Shown: positions 1 through 14,031, numbered from the stretch's first letter. The stretch is DNA of 64,000 bases from Ginglymostoma cirratum (GCA_024137785.1 JAHRHZ010000084.1:7282093-7346092), one strand, 5' to 3'. The notes: generated by a model not told the origin, from the sequence alone. A program made the numbers and translations.

Positions 1-55
1 CCCCACGCCTTGTTATCTCGGATTCTCCAGCATCTGCAGTACCTTTTATCTCTGA
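1..55 (+). mobile_element. Penelope-like element terminal fragment (truncated by window edge)
   Basis: ccttgttatctcggattctccagcatctgcagt is the reverse complement of the terminal sequence at about 47250-47290 and continues the motif at 44254. Confidence 0.6.
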
Positions 56-939
56 TCAGTGATGGGTATTCCTATGGACAACCCTAGTTTCTCTTAGTTT
101 TTTTTTAATGATGACTTACAATTATTGGAATGTTTAGACATTGGGATCTTTGTTGCATTCCAAAGCTACTGGCTGTTCTCTTTAAATCACACCATTCATT
201 GATTATCGTTAAGGACTGCTTGAATTCTATTGTCCATTGTAGGTGATTTTTTAAATCAAATTCCATTACATTTCTTTTTATAATTAAAAACGTTGATTCT
301 GTTATAAAAACAAACTCGCAATGTCAATAATAATTATATCTTTTAAAAATTATTTGTGCTGCTAATTTTTTTAGCTAATCAGGCAAGATATGCTTGGCAT
401 CTCTTTAACCTTTAATAATTACGTTGAAATCTATCGCTGTGATTATTTTAAGAATCTATAAGTAGAAAGTATTAATATTTTAAATAGTTTCATTGAGACA
501 GAAAATTTCTGCAAAATAACTTTAGCTGCTATTTTTATGGTTGAACACATTTTTTTCCTTGATGAGACTAGAATTAATCAAACATCACAGTTTAGTGATT
601 TTTCAAAGACTTTTTGACGAGTTACGATATCATTATTTCTTCGATGTTTGTTACAAATCTTTCAAATAGTCTTCTTTAAATCTCCTTATCGCTATCTTTC
701 TATTCCTTGGAATGTTTCCACTCAAATAACGCTTTCTTTTGCCTCGGAGAAAGCCCCTTCCCAAAGGCACTTTTTTTTTTACTGAAGTAGGCATTTTAAA
801 TTTTGGCCGTTTTGTGTCTCTACAAATAGGCAATTCAATCACCTTTTCTTTAAATTCCGACCATTTTGTGCCTCTTAAAAATAGGGGCATCTCCAACAAA
901 GTGGCAAGTAGTTGGAATCTCAGGGGACATTTTTGCAGG

Positions 940-2170
940 CAAGACATGGGTGATCCAGAAAGCAGTCACCCAGTTCACGTTTCTTTAGCCAATGTAAAGA
1001 AGACTGCACTGTGAGCAGCAAATGCAGTAGACTAAATTGAATGAAGTGCAGGTAAATCGCTGCTTCACCTGAAAAGTGTGACTGGGACCTTGGATAGTGC
1101 GGATGGAAGAAGTGTTGCACCTTCTGCAAATGCATGGCACAGGAATGTGGAATTGAAGGCGAGCGTTGGCAGTGGAGAATGAGTAGACAAGGGAGTCAAA
1201 ATGTTTACAAATGCGGAGAGATAAATGTATGTCGGGTGGTGGCATCCACTGGAAATGTTGGAAATCGTGACTTATGATGTTTCGATGCAGGAAGTGTGCA
1301 ATTGAGGACCACAGTCCCCTATCGGTATTGTGGGAGAGAAGAGTATGGGAAAATTGGTCAAAGTCTGAATATTGGGAGCAGGGAATCCTCGGTTGAGAAA
1401 AATAGTGGAAATTTCTGAGGCCCCTTACATATTATAGCATCATCATATCAGATACGATGTAGGAGAAGAAACTGAGAGAATTGAATTGAGTTTCTAACAG
1501 GATATGTGGTGTGATGGTGTATAGTCTTGATAAACGTCAGAGTCAGTGGGTTGTACTGAATACCCATGGCTGGCCTATGCCCAGAGTTGGAAACAGTAAT
1601 TTTGAGGAAGGAAAGGGAGGAGCCAGGAGAAGCTGACAGCAGGATGGAAATTGAAAGCGAAATAATAAGTAGTTCCGATTTTGGATGAGAGAGAGAAGCA
1701 GCAGCAATGAAGTCATCAATGAAACAGAAAAAGAAGTGTTAGACGGACCTGAGTCGGATTGGAACAAGGAATGTTTCACGTGTCTACAAAGAGACAGCTG
1801 TTCAAAGTGATGGCGTGACAGAGGAGGGTGATGGTGGATGGGAACTGTTCAGGCCTTATCTCCAGAATGAAGTGGGGAACCATAAAACCATTCCGATGGG
1901 GATGAACACATAAAACGATTGCACATTCATGGTGAAGATAAGGCGTTTGCTGCCCACAAACTGGAAATTCTGAAATTGATGTGAAGTGTCACATGAATCG
2001 TGAATGTCGGTGGGAATGGACCTGAGAAGGGAAGAAAACATTGAGTCATGGTAGGAAGAGATAAGGTCTGTGTGGCAGGAACAAGCAGAAATAATGTGTC
2101 TGCTCTGGCAGTCCTGTTGGTAGATTTGGGGAAGAAGGTAGAAACTGCTGGCAGACAATGAGTTTAAAGT
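940..2170 (-). mobile_element. Penelope-like retroelement relic (RT to GIY-YIG region)
   Basis: Minus ORF 985..1245 gives IQGPSHTFQVKQRFTCTSFNLVYCICCSQCSLLYIG (GIY-YIG-type VYCI..LYIG); degenerate RT-like sequence continues to about 2170. Confidence 0.8.
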
Positions 2171-2194
2171 CTGCAGAGGAGAGATTGCCAGATT

Positions 2195-2620
2195 CCCAGC
2201 CCACTTACTTCCTCCATCCTAGCTCTCCAAGTCACCAGACACACCTTCCAAATGAAGCTGCAATTTACCTACCGTTGCACTCAATCTGAACTGCGAGATT
2301 CACTGCAGATAATGTGTTCTCCTGTATACTAGGGAGACAAAACACAGACAGAGCACTGCTTCACAGGACACCTTCGTACCCTCCTTAAATATGACCTTGA
2401 TCTTCCAGTTGCCTGCCACTTCAACATACCACCATGATCTCTGGCCAACATTTCTGTCTCGGGCATGCCGTTGTGTTCCACCAATCCTCGGTTCATGCTT
2501 GAAGAACGGCATCTCATTTCCCGTTTGGGGATCCTGCTTCCTTCAGGTTTCAATATTGAGTTCCATAATTTTAGGATCTGAAAAACCTTCTTCCATTTCC
2601 TTTACCCACCCTGACACCCC
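2195..2620 (+). mobile_element. Penelope-like retroelement relic (GIY-YIG region)
   Basis: Similar to 5070-5450 (cacaccttccaaatgaag...ctgtatactagggagacaaaac...ggtttcaatattgagttc). Confidence 0.7.
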
Positions 2621-3539
2621 AGGTCCTGCCAATGACCTGAGAGGCTTTCAACATGGTCAACCCTTTTTCATGTAGGTATGGACCCCATTGTCAACTTTTC
2701 TTTCTTCCTGACGCGATGTCTTCCATCCCTTTTTCTTCCATCCCATAGAAATAATAGGGATAAGTTCCTGTTGACATTTATTTGATGCGATCATCCTGGA
2801 ATAATCCTTTGCAGATCGCGTCACCACCACCACCACCACGCCCCGCATCCCCTGTCTGATCCACGATTTTAAATGCCTAAATCTCAATGTGCTATGCAAT
2901 TTCATCTTCAAATGGTATTGATCCTGTCGGTAAAGATCTCAATTACCTGCTCATCTCTAGATGGGCAGGTAACATGCTGGTAATTTTACCGTTGATAACC
3001 ACTTGGACGAGTCTCGAGTTAAAGGCATCATCTGGTGAGAACTTTTGCTGTTTCGCTGAATATTTTTAGTTTCCAGGACCTATGATACTTGTTAGATGAC
3101 ATTAAGAGCAGATGAATAGTGAATAACTATAAAGGAATAGTTGGCACTTTCCTACATCCTTAAAGGATGAATTGATATCACAAGGCATAACATGATTAGC
3201 AGTTCAACATGATAATATAAACCGGATTTATTTCCTCCTCTCATTCGAACTCTTTACTCGTTTTATACCCGACCTCCCAGTTCTAAAATTACTAACGCGA
3301 GTGTATTCATTTTGAAATGACATCAGAGTCTCCAACCTGTTCCACTTTACTCCCAGATTGTCTTTTCAAAGTAATTTTGCAATGCAAAGTAGACTCCAAT
3401 TTACGATCCTACAAGAGGAAATGTTTCCTCTGTTGTGGGTAAAGCCAAGGCAGGGTTTGCAATGTTAATGTACTGCATACTGTGCTGTAAACCTTCGAAA
3501 TGCAGGTCATTGGTGTTTCTTAGTCAATTATTAACACAA

Positions 3540-4055
3540 GCATACAGATGAGTTAAAAGCACAAGTGGACGATTCAGCCCCTTCAGCATCTCCATCATTC
3601 AATAAGATAATGGCTGATCAGTTAGTGTTTGGAATTCCACATACCCAATTATCTCCATAAACCTTTCATTCCACTTACCTAAAAAGAATCCAATTACTTC
3701 TGTCTATAAAATATCCAATCATGCCACCACCACCATCTTCTGGAGCAGGGAGTTCCAAACTGGCACAATCTTCCGTGATTTAAAAAAAGGCCTCTTTTTC
3801 TCTGTCTATAAAAGACAATATCTTATTGGTAAACTGTATTCCCTGGGTCTGGATACATCTACATGAGAAAACATTCTTTCTATGTCCACCTGACAAATCG
3901 TTTAAAGTTTGCAATCTGCAACACACTGTAATCAAATCACCTTTTTCTCTTCCGAACTCCAGTGAAAGAAGTCTCGCTCATCCAACTTATCTTCCTATGA
4001 CAACCCAATCATTCCAGGTGTCAATTGACTGAAGTTCCTCTGAATCAGCGCCAAC
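3540..4055 (-). mobile_element. CR1-type LINE 3' end, degenerate
   Basis: Reverse-strand similarity to the CR1 3' ends elsewhere in the window (e.g. 56375-56670). Confidence 0.6.
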
Positions 4056-4128
4056 ATATTCATACATTTATTGTTATATTTGTATTTTAATAATTTACAA
4101 TCAATATCTTTTTTTTTCTTTCCTTTAG

Positions 4129-4172
4129 GTGGTATGAGGAATTCTGTGGAAGAGGGTGAATCTCAACAGCCA
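4129..4172 (+). CDS. Putative 44-nt internal exon (xGMRNSVEEGESQQP), probably cytoplasmic-tail exon of an upstream gene
   Basis: Strong acceptor tttttttctttcctttag|, donor |gtaagc, open phase 1 to phase 0, hydrophilic peptide, unique sequence between repeats. Confidence 0.5.
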
Positions 4173-4919
4173 GTAAGCTGACAATGTTTCTAAACAGAAA
4201 ACCAGTTAAGTAGGAATAGCAAGAAGCATTGCAATCATCTGACATAATTGCAATCCCTAGCAATTTATTTTTGCATTTTTTAAAGGAAGTCTCTCCTTCC
4301 TTTTTTAAATTTCATTTGACTCTGCTTCTGCTACATATTCTGGAAGTGCTTTCTGAAGTACATCAGAGAGCTCCATAAATTAAATACTCATCTTCCCATG
4401 ATTATTCTTTGGATCCTTTTGGATATTGACAGATCCACAATTGGAATCATACTTTCCATTTTTTTTTGAAACTTTTCATAACTGTGAATACCTTTAATAA
4501 ATCATCTCATCTTTCTCTGCCCTGAGCAAAACAATAATTAATTGTCTAGTCTAAACTGTGTAACTGAAGTTCTTCATTATTGATACCATTCCAATAAATC
4601 TCCTCTGCACTTGCTTCTGTCAGTTACATCCTTCCTATACATGGATACTGAATGAGGTAAACTCAGCACATACTTTCTTGCCCTACCCAAAGTTTAAAAA
4701 ATAATCACAGTGCTTTGCTGTGTTTTGGTAATTAACTAGGACATGCCTTAAGGCTGATCAATTGAAAAGGAGGAGAGATTTCCAATTCAGGACTTTCATA
4801 TTCAAATTGTTCAAAAAATTGCAGATTCCCAGATGCTTAGATGTTAAATTGAAGCACTTGTACAGAACAGCCTGGGAATGTATGATTACCAATGACGGGT
4901 CCCAACTACAATCAGACCC

Positions 4920-5745
4920 ACCACCTGGAACATCTACCACTCCCCAACCCCTTTGCCTTCTGCCAGGACCTTTCCCTTCACCCCTTAGTTCACGGCACAT
5001 TCCCCACCAACCACTCAAACTCCCTCAGTACCTTCCATTGTAACCACAAAACATGCAACACTTGCCCACACACTACCTCCCTCACCTCCATTCAGGGTCC
5101 TAAACAGTCCTTCCAGGTGAGACACAGCTTCACTTGTATCTCCCCCAACCTAGTCTACTGCATCCGGTGATCCTAGCGTCTTCTCCAAGTCGATGAGGCC
5201 AAACAGACTAGCTGACCAGTTTGCCAAACACCTTCACTTGGTGCATAGCTGTCAGCCTATCATCCCAGTCACTGCCCATTCCAAATTCTCGCCTCCCGCC
5301 CCACCCTGTCTCTGACACGCCCATCCTCAGCCTCCTCCAGTGTCATAGCAATTCAGAATGCAAAGTTGAGGAACAACACCTTATCTTCCATGTGTGCACT
5401 TTGCAGCCTGGAGGACTCAACACTGAGTTCTCTAATTTCAAGTAACATTCCCACCCATTCCCAGTACCCTTTCCAGCCCCACCTCCTCTCTTCCATTCTA
5501 CCTACTGACCCTCTCTTCCAGCTAACAATTGGATTCATCCCTCCCATCAACAAATCTGGTTGTACCTACTACCGGTGTCCACCTATAAGCACCATTCCGC
5601 TACCCCCTTCCCCTCCCCTCTTTATCTGCAGCTCTCCCTACCCCCACATCAATTCCTGAAGAAAGGTAATACCCAAAACGTTGACTTCTCCTTTCTTTCA
5701 GATGCAGCCTGGTTTGCCATGTTCTTCCAGCCTCCTGTTTGTCTG
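4920..5745 (+). mobile_element. Penelope-like element 3' part (GIY-YIG endonuclease plus terminal repeat)
   Basis: ORFs give CNHKTCNTCP..IQGPKQSFQVRHSFTCISPNLVYCIR and KVEEQHLIFHVCTLQPGGLNTEF; hammerhead-like relic at 5656. Confidence 0.88.
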
Positions 5746-5849
5746 CCATTACCATTGACAGCTGACACTGCCAAGTCCAAATTCAATGCTGCATGCTGAG
5801 CTCCAAGAAGAAGGATATCTTCTCATGACTGAGAAGAAACCTACAGTGG

Positions 5850-7460
5850 CAGGGGAGAATCTAGTTTTTGTGGGAGCTAATGACATATGTACAACAAGGA
5901 ATGATGGTCTGCTGCGAGGTAAATGCCGAAATTAAAAGTGAAGAAATTATCAGGTATTGTCAGGTATTGAGCCATGTGTCAATCGGAATAGCACACAGTA
6001 GGTTAGAGACTTCAACACACAGCGCAAACTGTGCTGTTGAGGAAAGGGATACTGTTTATTTAGGAAAAAGGAATCCATTTCATTTAGATGGCCACTACTA
6101 AAACTGAGTGGGACCAGTGTCCTGGGCAATTAAATAATGAGATCTGCATTCGGGTATTAAAAGTTTAGAGATGAATATGGTGAAGCAAGATTTAGCAATC
6201 GAAAGAAATAGGATAAGACATCAAGAGAATAGAAAAATACAGTGAAGTAGGTAACAAAGAAAAGCACCACGGGACTGTTAGTTGAGTATTAGTTCTGCAT
6301 CTACGAATAAAGTCAGTGTAGGAATGAGAAGTACAACAGTGAAATTAATGGTTGTTTACTTCTAAATACTTGAAAGATCTGCATTAAACGAGATGTGATA
6401 ATTACACAATTATGGGTACTGTAAACACTTTTGATTTCATCACTACTATTGGGACATGGCTAAAAGGTGATCAAGGTTGGTAAATAAATATTCCAGGGTA
6501 CACACATTTTAAAAGGAATTCAGAATTGTAAAAGAGGAGGGTGGCTCTGATAATACGGGATGATGCATTAACATAAGTAATAGAATCACAAAACAGAAGA
6601 CCACTCCATGGTAAATGGAAATACCAGGATTCAGAAAATGATAGCGGCATCAATTTGTAGGACACTTAACAGAAAGCCTATTATGGATCAAGCAATGAAA
6701 TAACACTTTCGAGCTTGTCACGGAGGAAATATATCAATCATGGGTGAATTTAACTTTCACATAGCTGTGTCAATAAAATTGTTAAGGATGATCTGGAAGA
6801 GAAATTTGTAGAATGTCTTTGATAGATTCAGGCAGCCGTACACTTTAACACTGCCTCTGAATGAAGTTATCGTAGATTTGATGTTGTAAAACGAGGTATT
6901 ATTAACTAGTAATGTCATAGTGCAAGGTGTGGTGGGAAATAGTGATCCTAAAACCATTGAAATCCATGCAAGGTTACAAAGTTTTGGTCACGAAGAAGAA
7001 TCGTAATGTTAAACAAAATCAATTACCTCAGTATGAAATGACAATAGGTTGGTTATATAATTAGACTAATATTATGACGATTATAAAATGCACAGTGGAA
7101 AGGAGATAAAGAGGCAATTCAAAATACCCAATAAAACTAAATCCTTTGAAAGATAAAATTTCAGTGAGAAATATCATCCATGGCTTTCACGGTAAGTTAA
7201 ATATAGTCTTAGATTTTAAAAAGAGTGTTTATTTTACAAAGAATGGAAATGAGACTTAGAACTGAGGGTACATCAAGAGTTAACAAAGAACCATCGAAAA
7301 GTTAATAAAATGGGAAAAAGAAAGTAAAATAGTTAAAAATATAAAGCATATTTTAAATGCATTATTATGTATACTAAAAGAAAGAAACCTGGGGACGTAA
7401 ATATTGGTAATGCAGAAGTAGAGATGACAGAAATTTCCACAGGAAATAAACATTTTCAAG
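5850..7460 (+). mobile_element. Old CR1 LINE relic (ORF1 esterase end / ORF2 APE endonuclease)
   Basis: VGANDI-like motif at about 5869; TWLKGDQGW*INIPGY and GVALII-like motifs at 6450-6560. Confidence 0.75.
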
Positions 7461-7547
7461 TAGTCAGTGTTGTGCAGTTGATAGAGTACTTGTGGATTGG
7501 GACGCAGGAAGTTAGAATTTGATGTTTATAAAATGATTGGGGGAATG

Positions 7548-8484
7548 CATTACATGGTCCCTTTAAAAGAACAGTTTTATTTTTCTGCGTTTAGATATTT
7601 AAAATGGAAGTCTGCACGCAGGTGCGTGAAAATTTGCCAGCACGCAGAGAGCAATCAAATTAACACATTTGTATCAAAAGACCTTACAGTTAGGACGCCA
7701 AGCAGCAGTTTTTATCAAAATAACAAGTTTTCTTTTTTTAAATTTAGCCAATCAATTTGAACCAGGCACTCAGATACCAAAAAACAATCCATTTTATGTC
7801 TAATGGTTTTGACAACAGAGGACCATGCTTACAGCAAAAAAAAAGATACTATCATCAAGGGTATGAAAAAGTGGGCATTTGGACAAAGACCCCAGAATGA
7901 ACTGCCATCCACCAGAGCTAGCAATTCTCAGCTCTCAAGAGAGAATCGTTGGCTCCCATAGCCTAATCTAAGCCTAAGGGAAAGCACCATCTAGATAACA
8001 ACGGTACCCAAGGCACAACCAGTTAACATTTCTGACAGAAGAATCAACAGCAAAGGCATTCCTGACCGAAGATTCGACAAAGAAGGCACAGACATTTTCG
8101 AAGAAAGGTAACCTGGCTGAAATATCAATAAACTAAATTCTATTATTTATATTGTATAAGTGGGACTTTTATTTATTGGAACAACATAACATTAGAATCT
8201 TGCTTTCTTTGAGAATAGTTATTCGTTAGAACTGATTTATTCACTTTGTAAATTGTTTAGTTAAATAGTTTTGTTCAATGCTACAGTTAGATAAATAAAT
8301 TTTTACTTGTTGATTTTAAAATGAGTGCCAGGGAATTGTGTTATTTAATCACTAGAAGTGGCAGAAAGGTAGGTTGCAGCACTTTTCACATGCCTTTTAC
8401 AGACTACTGGGCGAGGTGCTACTGTGTGAGGTGCTACTTTTGGTTTTAGTTCTCAGAGGGGTAAACCTCCACTTTGTAAAAACA
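7548..8484 (+). mobile_element. Probable solo LTR / LTR-like insertion (copy A only)
   Basis: Absent from copy B, ends in ...ACA, AATAAA near 8294; 5' boundary and TSD unclear. Confidence 0.4.
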
Positions 8485-9287
8485 GGCTGTCATTACTTCA
8501 AGCAAGAAAATTTGCTATGTGCAATCTATTTAAATTATTTAGATAAAAATACTGGGAGCAATATATCTACATTTTCTGATGTTGCAAAGCTAAATGAAAA
8601 GATGCACTGTCAGATTTAGTCCTCTTCAGTTGAATCTAGCCAGAATTCATAACAAGCTTGACACATTGGTCGTGTGAACACAAAGAAACAACTATCATAT
8701 GATACACATTACAGAGACGTGTTTGCGCAGTAACCAAGACTTGCTATCGAATGGTAAATGCTGCGTGATGTTACAATAGGATAACAACAAAGCAAAAGGA
8801 AATGTCATGGTTCTGTTAATAAATAAATGATCCGTACAGTCATGAGAAAATACATTTGGTCAGAAAATACATATTATAAAATTCTGTGGGTTGAGATAAG
8901 AAACAGCAAGGAGAAGAAAGCACAAGTGGAGGTAGTTTACAGTCCACAAATCTGCAGCTACTTTTAAAGCAATTAATACATAGAATGAGTGGTAAAAGAA
9001 AAGTAATGCAATAGTTGTGGGTGATTTTAATCTTAATAAAGAATGGACACAGAAAATTGGCAGATGTAAATGCTGAGGCTCAGAGAGACATAGGTGCATT
9101 TATGCAAGAAACACAGAAAGGCAGCATGCAGATAAAGCAAGTTGTTAGGAAGGTTAGTGACACATTGAATTTTATTCGGACAGACTTGGAGCAAAAGGAA
9201 TAAAGAAATCATGCTCTAATTCTGCCAGGCTTTGATGAGACAACCTTTGGAAATTGGGGTCACTTTACTTTCAATTTCAAGGAAGGA

Positions 9288-9455
9288 TGAAACCAAAACA
9301 GAAATTTCCAGTGAAACATTTCTGAAGAAGGTTCAATAAACCCAAAATGCTAACTCTTCTTTATCTTCACAAATTCTGCAGATCTGCTGAGTTTCTCCAG
9401 CAATTCCTGTTTTTATTTCGGATTGCAGCGCCTGTATTTTTTTGGGTTTTTTTTG
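9288..9455. mobile_element. Hairpin (inverted) Penelope-terminus mini-element
   Basis: Arms aaaacagaaatttccag / ccagcaattcctgtttt flank CTGAAGAAGG..CCCAAAA; orthologous copy at 29268-29420. Confidence 0.6.
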
Positions 9456-10282
9456 TTCAAGGAAGGATGTATTCATATTGGAGGCTGTATGGTTGACTTT
9501 CAATAAATTTGTCCCTCAGATGAGGTGGGTGTACAATAATGACAGGCTGTGTAATTTCAACATTTATCTCTGAAGTTGTAAAGAATGAGGGCTACTCCAC
9601 TTGAGAAGCAGTTCATAGGATATATTCATGACAACTTCTAAGAACAATATTTTGTGGAGCAGATTAATTTAGTACAGGTAATGTTGAATGTGAAAAGTTG
9701 TTTGACTATGTTACAATAATGCAAAGACGCAAATACAGAATTGGCTAAGTTGAACTGTGACTTCATCTCAAAAGCAAAGAATGTGAAAACCAGTGCTACA
9801 TATTTAAACTCTCAACGAAGATATATTCCATCGAGAATGAAAACTTCTACAAATAGTATGGACCAGCTGCAGCTAAGTAGAGAAATTCAAAGATCTATAT
9901 GAAATTCCTCTACCCGCTGATCTCATTTAAGCATTAACCTGCTTCTTTAAATGGGTTATATTAAGAGACAAACACCTTTTAGATCAATATTCAACCAGAC
10001 GACCACTAAAATATAAGGAGGGTGAAGTTGGAAACACTGAGAGAAACCAAACCAATGAAGTAAATCTGTAAATAAAGTATGTTTTTGATGCTGTACGTAA
10101 ATGACGTGGATATTGGAATACAGAATCAAATTTAAGAATTTGCTGATGAATACAAACTTGGAGTGGCAAACAGAAGATTATCTTAATGAATAATAACAGC
10201 GTGTAGTCTAGTGGGTGACAGGTGTAATTAAATAAAATGAAGATGATGAATTGTTGAGAATGTGTAAGGAGAAGCAACAAGG

Positions 10283-11305
10283 GTAAAGTTTTTGACAAGG
10301 TTCCACATGGTAGACTAACTAGTAAAGTTAAGTCACATGGAATTCAGGGTGAGTTTGCCAGTTGAATACATGATTGGCTTAACATCAGAGAAGAAGTGGT
10401 GATGGAGAATTGCTTTTCGAATTGTAAGCCTGTCGCCAGCTGTGTTCCACAGGGACCAGTTCTGGGTACTGTTTTGTTTGTCGTTTATATGTAGATTTGG
10501 ATATAAATGTAGAAGTCATGGTTAGTAAGTTTGTAGATAATACCAGAAAATGGTGGCATAGTAGACAGTGAAGAAGATTTTCTAAAATCACAAAGGTATC
10601 TTGATCAAAAGGGTGAATGGGCTAAGATGTGGTAGATGGAGTTCAATCCGGATAAATGCAATTTGATGCAACAAACAATGGTAGGGCCTACACAATTATT
10701 GGTGGGGCCTTGTTTGGTGTTATCGAATAGAGGGACCTAGGGGTGCAGGCACATATTTCTTTGAAGTTTGTGTCACATATGGATAGGGTGTTTAAAACAG
10801 CAATTGGCACGTTTGCCTTCATTACTCAGTCCTTTGAGTATAGGAGTTGGGAAGACATGTTGAGTTTATGCAGGACACTGGTGAGGCATCTTCTGGAAGA
10901 CGGTGTCAATTTCTGGTCGCCCAGTTACATAAAAGATACCATTAAGCTGGAGAGGGTTAAGAAGACATTTACCAGCATGTTGGTGGGTGTGTAAATTTTG
11001 AGTTATAAAGAAAGACTGGATAGGCTGGGACTTTTTTCACGGAAGTATAGGAGGTTGAGAGGTGACTTGGTTGAAGTTTATAAAATAATGAGAGGTACAG
11101 ATAGAGGTAGAGGACAGAGATTTATAAAAGAAATGTTACAATTGCAACGATTAAAGGACATTTGGATAAGTACATGAATAGGAAAGGTTTGAAGTTATAT
11201 GGGCCAGGAGCAGACAGTTGAGACTAGTTTAATTTGCGATTAAGTTCTGCACAGACTAGTTGGACAAAAGCGTATGCTGTATGATTCTATGATTCAATGA
11301 CTCTA
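10283..11305 (+). mobile_element. CR1 LINE 3' portion (RT C-terminus plus tail), copy A only
   Basis: FDKVPHGRL at about 10290, VPQGPVLG, KFVDNT (FADD-like), ORF 10743..10994; ends in (attctatg)n tail; absent at 30270 in copy B. Confidence 0.9.
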
Positions 11306-11899
11306 CAGCATAACATTATCAGCATGATTCTGAACAGTGTACAAGAGCAGAGGGGTGTTGATGGTACTAGTGAATTAATCTTTGAATGTGGCAGGACATA
11401 AAAAAAAATAGTTGTCAAACCTCACGTTTTCTTGAATTCATAAATGGAGACATTCACTACTAAAGTAGGGAAGTAATATTGAACCTTTATAGATCTGGTT
11501 AGATCCCAACAAGAATACTGAACCTAGTTCTGGTTATCACAGTCTAGGAAAAGTGGATCCTAGGGGGTGCACATGAGATACGCTACACTGGCTGTTGAGA
11601 TTGAAGAATGGCTTAGCATATTCAGCAGCAGCTAAAATTGATGCAGTCGTCAAGAAAGCTTTTAAGTTGTCAAATGTACTCAGACAGTTTTGCCCACTTA
11701 AATATATTGCTTTTCTTCCAGAAACTTGTCAAGGTAGACACTAAGTCCTGAAATTCAGAAGAATCTTCTCATAAAATCCATTTATTCATTCTCTATTCGT
11801 TCTGGTACGTTTGATGTTTCTACGTTTTTCTTTCATCATTCTAAATGATTCTCTGTTCTCACTATTATTTCTGTCTTTTACTATTTTCCTTATCTCATG

Positions 11900-12960
11900 T
11901 TCGTTGCCCTGGATACCACGGACTCTTCGCTTCTCAATTAGTCTTCCATGCGAGATCTTATCCAGCCTCTTGCTGAAGTGCATGCAGTCCACATCATCTG
12001 CACTACCCTCATTTACACACCTAGTCATGGCTTCAAAAAAGTTCCATAAATGTTGCTAGACATGGTTTCATCCAAATGAAGACATGCTGGATTTCTTTAA
12101 TTAATCCTTGTCTCCATACGTGGAATTAATTATTTTATTCAGCAATTTTTCCAATAATTTCCTGACCACATGTTAGGGTCGTTGGCCTGTAGTTTCCTGG
12201 TTTTTCCCATCCACCCTTTTTGACTAAAGGTACCACATTATCCAACCTCCAGTCCACTGGCCCACTTTGCTGTCAGAGAGGATTTGAATATTAATATTAG
12301 AACCCCGTAAATCTCTTACCTTGCCTCCTACAGTAGTTTTAGATATGTCTGGGCCTGGGGATTTATGTGCTTTCAAGCTCGCTAAAACTGCCAATACCTC
12401 CTTCCTCTCAATGTTATTTTGTTCAAGTATATCTTAGTTAATAAAAGTATCCTTTCCTCAGTCAAGAAATTTTATTTCCGGTCCATGTCTGTCCTTATCC
12501 GTAATTTATTTAAATCCTACTCTATTATGATCACTACCACTGAAATACTGCCCCACTGAGACATCTGCCGTTTGTTCAACTTTAATTCCTAAAATTAAGT
12601 CAAACACGCCATCAGCGCCCGACCCTGACCCCCGTACTATAGGACACCTTTGCAAAGAGGTACCCCATTTTTGTATCTAATTACTACCTATGTGGACACT
12701 TTTGAGGAACATTCTAAGACATTATCCCTCCTTACTGTTGTAATTGAATCTGATCAATATTGAGATGCCATCTGCTCTTTTGCAGGCCCTTCTTCTAATT
12801 CACTTAAAGATTCTGTACCCTGGAATATTTGAGTAGCTAGTCCAGGGCTTCCTTCAACCATGTCCCCAAGATTATGCTTTAATTGACACCTTCGACACAT
12901 CTGCCTTACTTTCAAGTCTCACTGCATTAAAATAAATGCCATCCAACCTCGCCATGCTTC
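11900..12960 (-). mobile_element. CR1 LINE ORF2 relic
   Basis: Minus ORF 11786..12028 VDCMHFSKRLDKISHGRLIEK (cf. DFSKAFDKVPHGRL); paralogous to 37130-38440. Confidence 0.8.
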
Positions 12961-13407
12961 CATGTGCATTTGATAGATTATATTCGCACGGCCTTCTCAA
13001 CCAATTCAATCATTCTCCTATACATTCCTGGACATCGTCCCACTGTATGTCGACTCCACAAAACCAGATAGAGACACTTGGAAGCTCCATGCATACGCAA
13101 GGCAAACGCACGTTTCCCATAGGAAAAGTGCACCTGTAACAGCTGTTACATACGTTGATTTTCATGCTCTTTTTACATGGGCATTATATTTTTTCAATGT
13201 ACTAATCATCTATACTACAAGTGATTCCATTCATCTAATCACGGTCCAATCTGATTTATGATGCTTGCGCAGTAAATTAGCACCAGGGCATATACACAGG
13301 AAGGAGTGGAAATAAACAGATGACCAACGACAATGTCTTCAAACTTGCTTCAATGGGACACTTTTTTTAACTTATTGGAACATCCTATCTGTTGGCTCAA
13401 TATCTTA

Positions 13408-14031
13408 CCTGGAATACACCTCCTTCCACCCACCTTCCTGCAAAAATGCCATCCCCTATTCCCAATTCCTTCGCCTCTGCCGCATCTGCTCCCAGGATGA
13501 GACATTCCACTCCCGTACATCTCAGATGTCCTCATTCTTCAAAAATCCCACTTTCTACAGACAAAGGGGGTGGCCAAGGGTACCTGCATGGGCCCAAGCT
13601 ATGCCTGACTCTTTGTAGGTTACGTGGAACAATCCTTCTTCCGTACCTACACTGGCCCTAAACCCCACCTCTTCCTCCGTCACATTGATGACTGCATCGG
13701 CGCCGCGTCGTGCTCCCACGAGGAGCTCAAACAGTTCATTCACTTCACCAACACCTTCCACCCCAACCTGAAGTTCACCTGGACCAGCTCCAACACTTCT
13801 CTCTCCTTCCTGGACCTCTCTGTCTCTATCTCGGGTAATCACCTAGAAACCGATGTCCATTTCAAGCCCACTGACTCCCACAGCTACCTGGAATACACCT
13901 CCTCTCACCCACCTTCCTGCAAAAATGCCATCCCCTATTCCCAATTCCTTCGCCTCCGCCGCATCTGCTCCCAGGATGAGACATTCCACTCCTGTACATC
14001 TCAGATGTCCTCATTCTTCATCTCTCATAAT
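13408..14031 (+). mobile_element. Penelope-like RT internal fragment, circularly permuted, with 12-bp flanking direct repeat (copy A only)
   Basis: FLQTKGVAKGTCMGPSYA*L..FLRHIDDCIG..SFLDLSV..FKPTDSHSYLEYTSSHP; ctcaatatctta at 13396-13407 and 14032-14043. Confidence 0.9.

Noticed and set aside
7091-7130. CACAGTG plus A-rich nonamer-like sequence (possible 23-RSS)
   Set aside because: Nonamer matches only 6/9, it lies in a CR1 relic, no gene segment is adjacent and it is not kept in copy B
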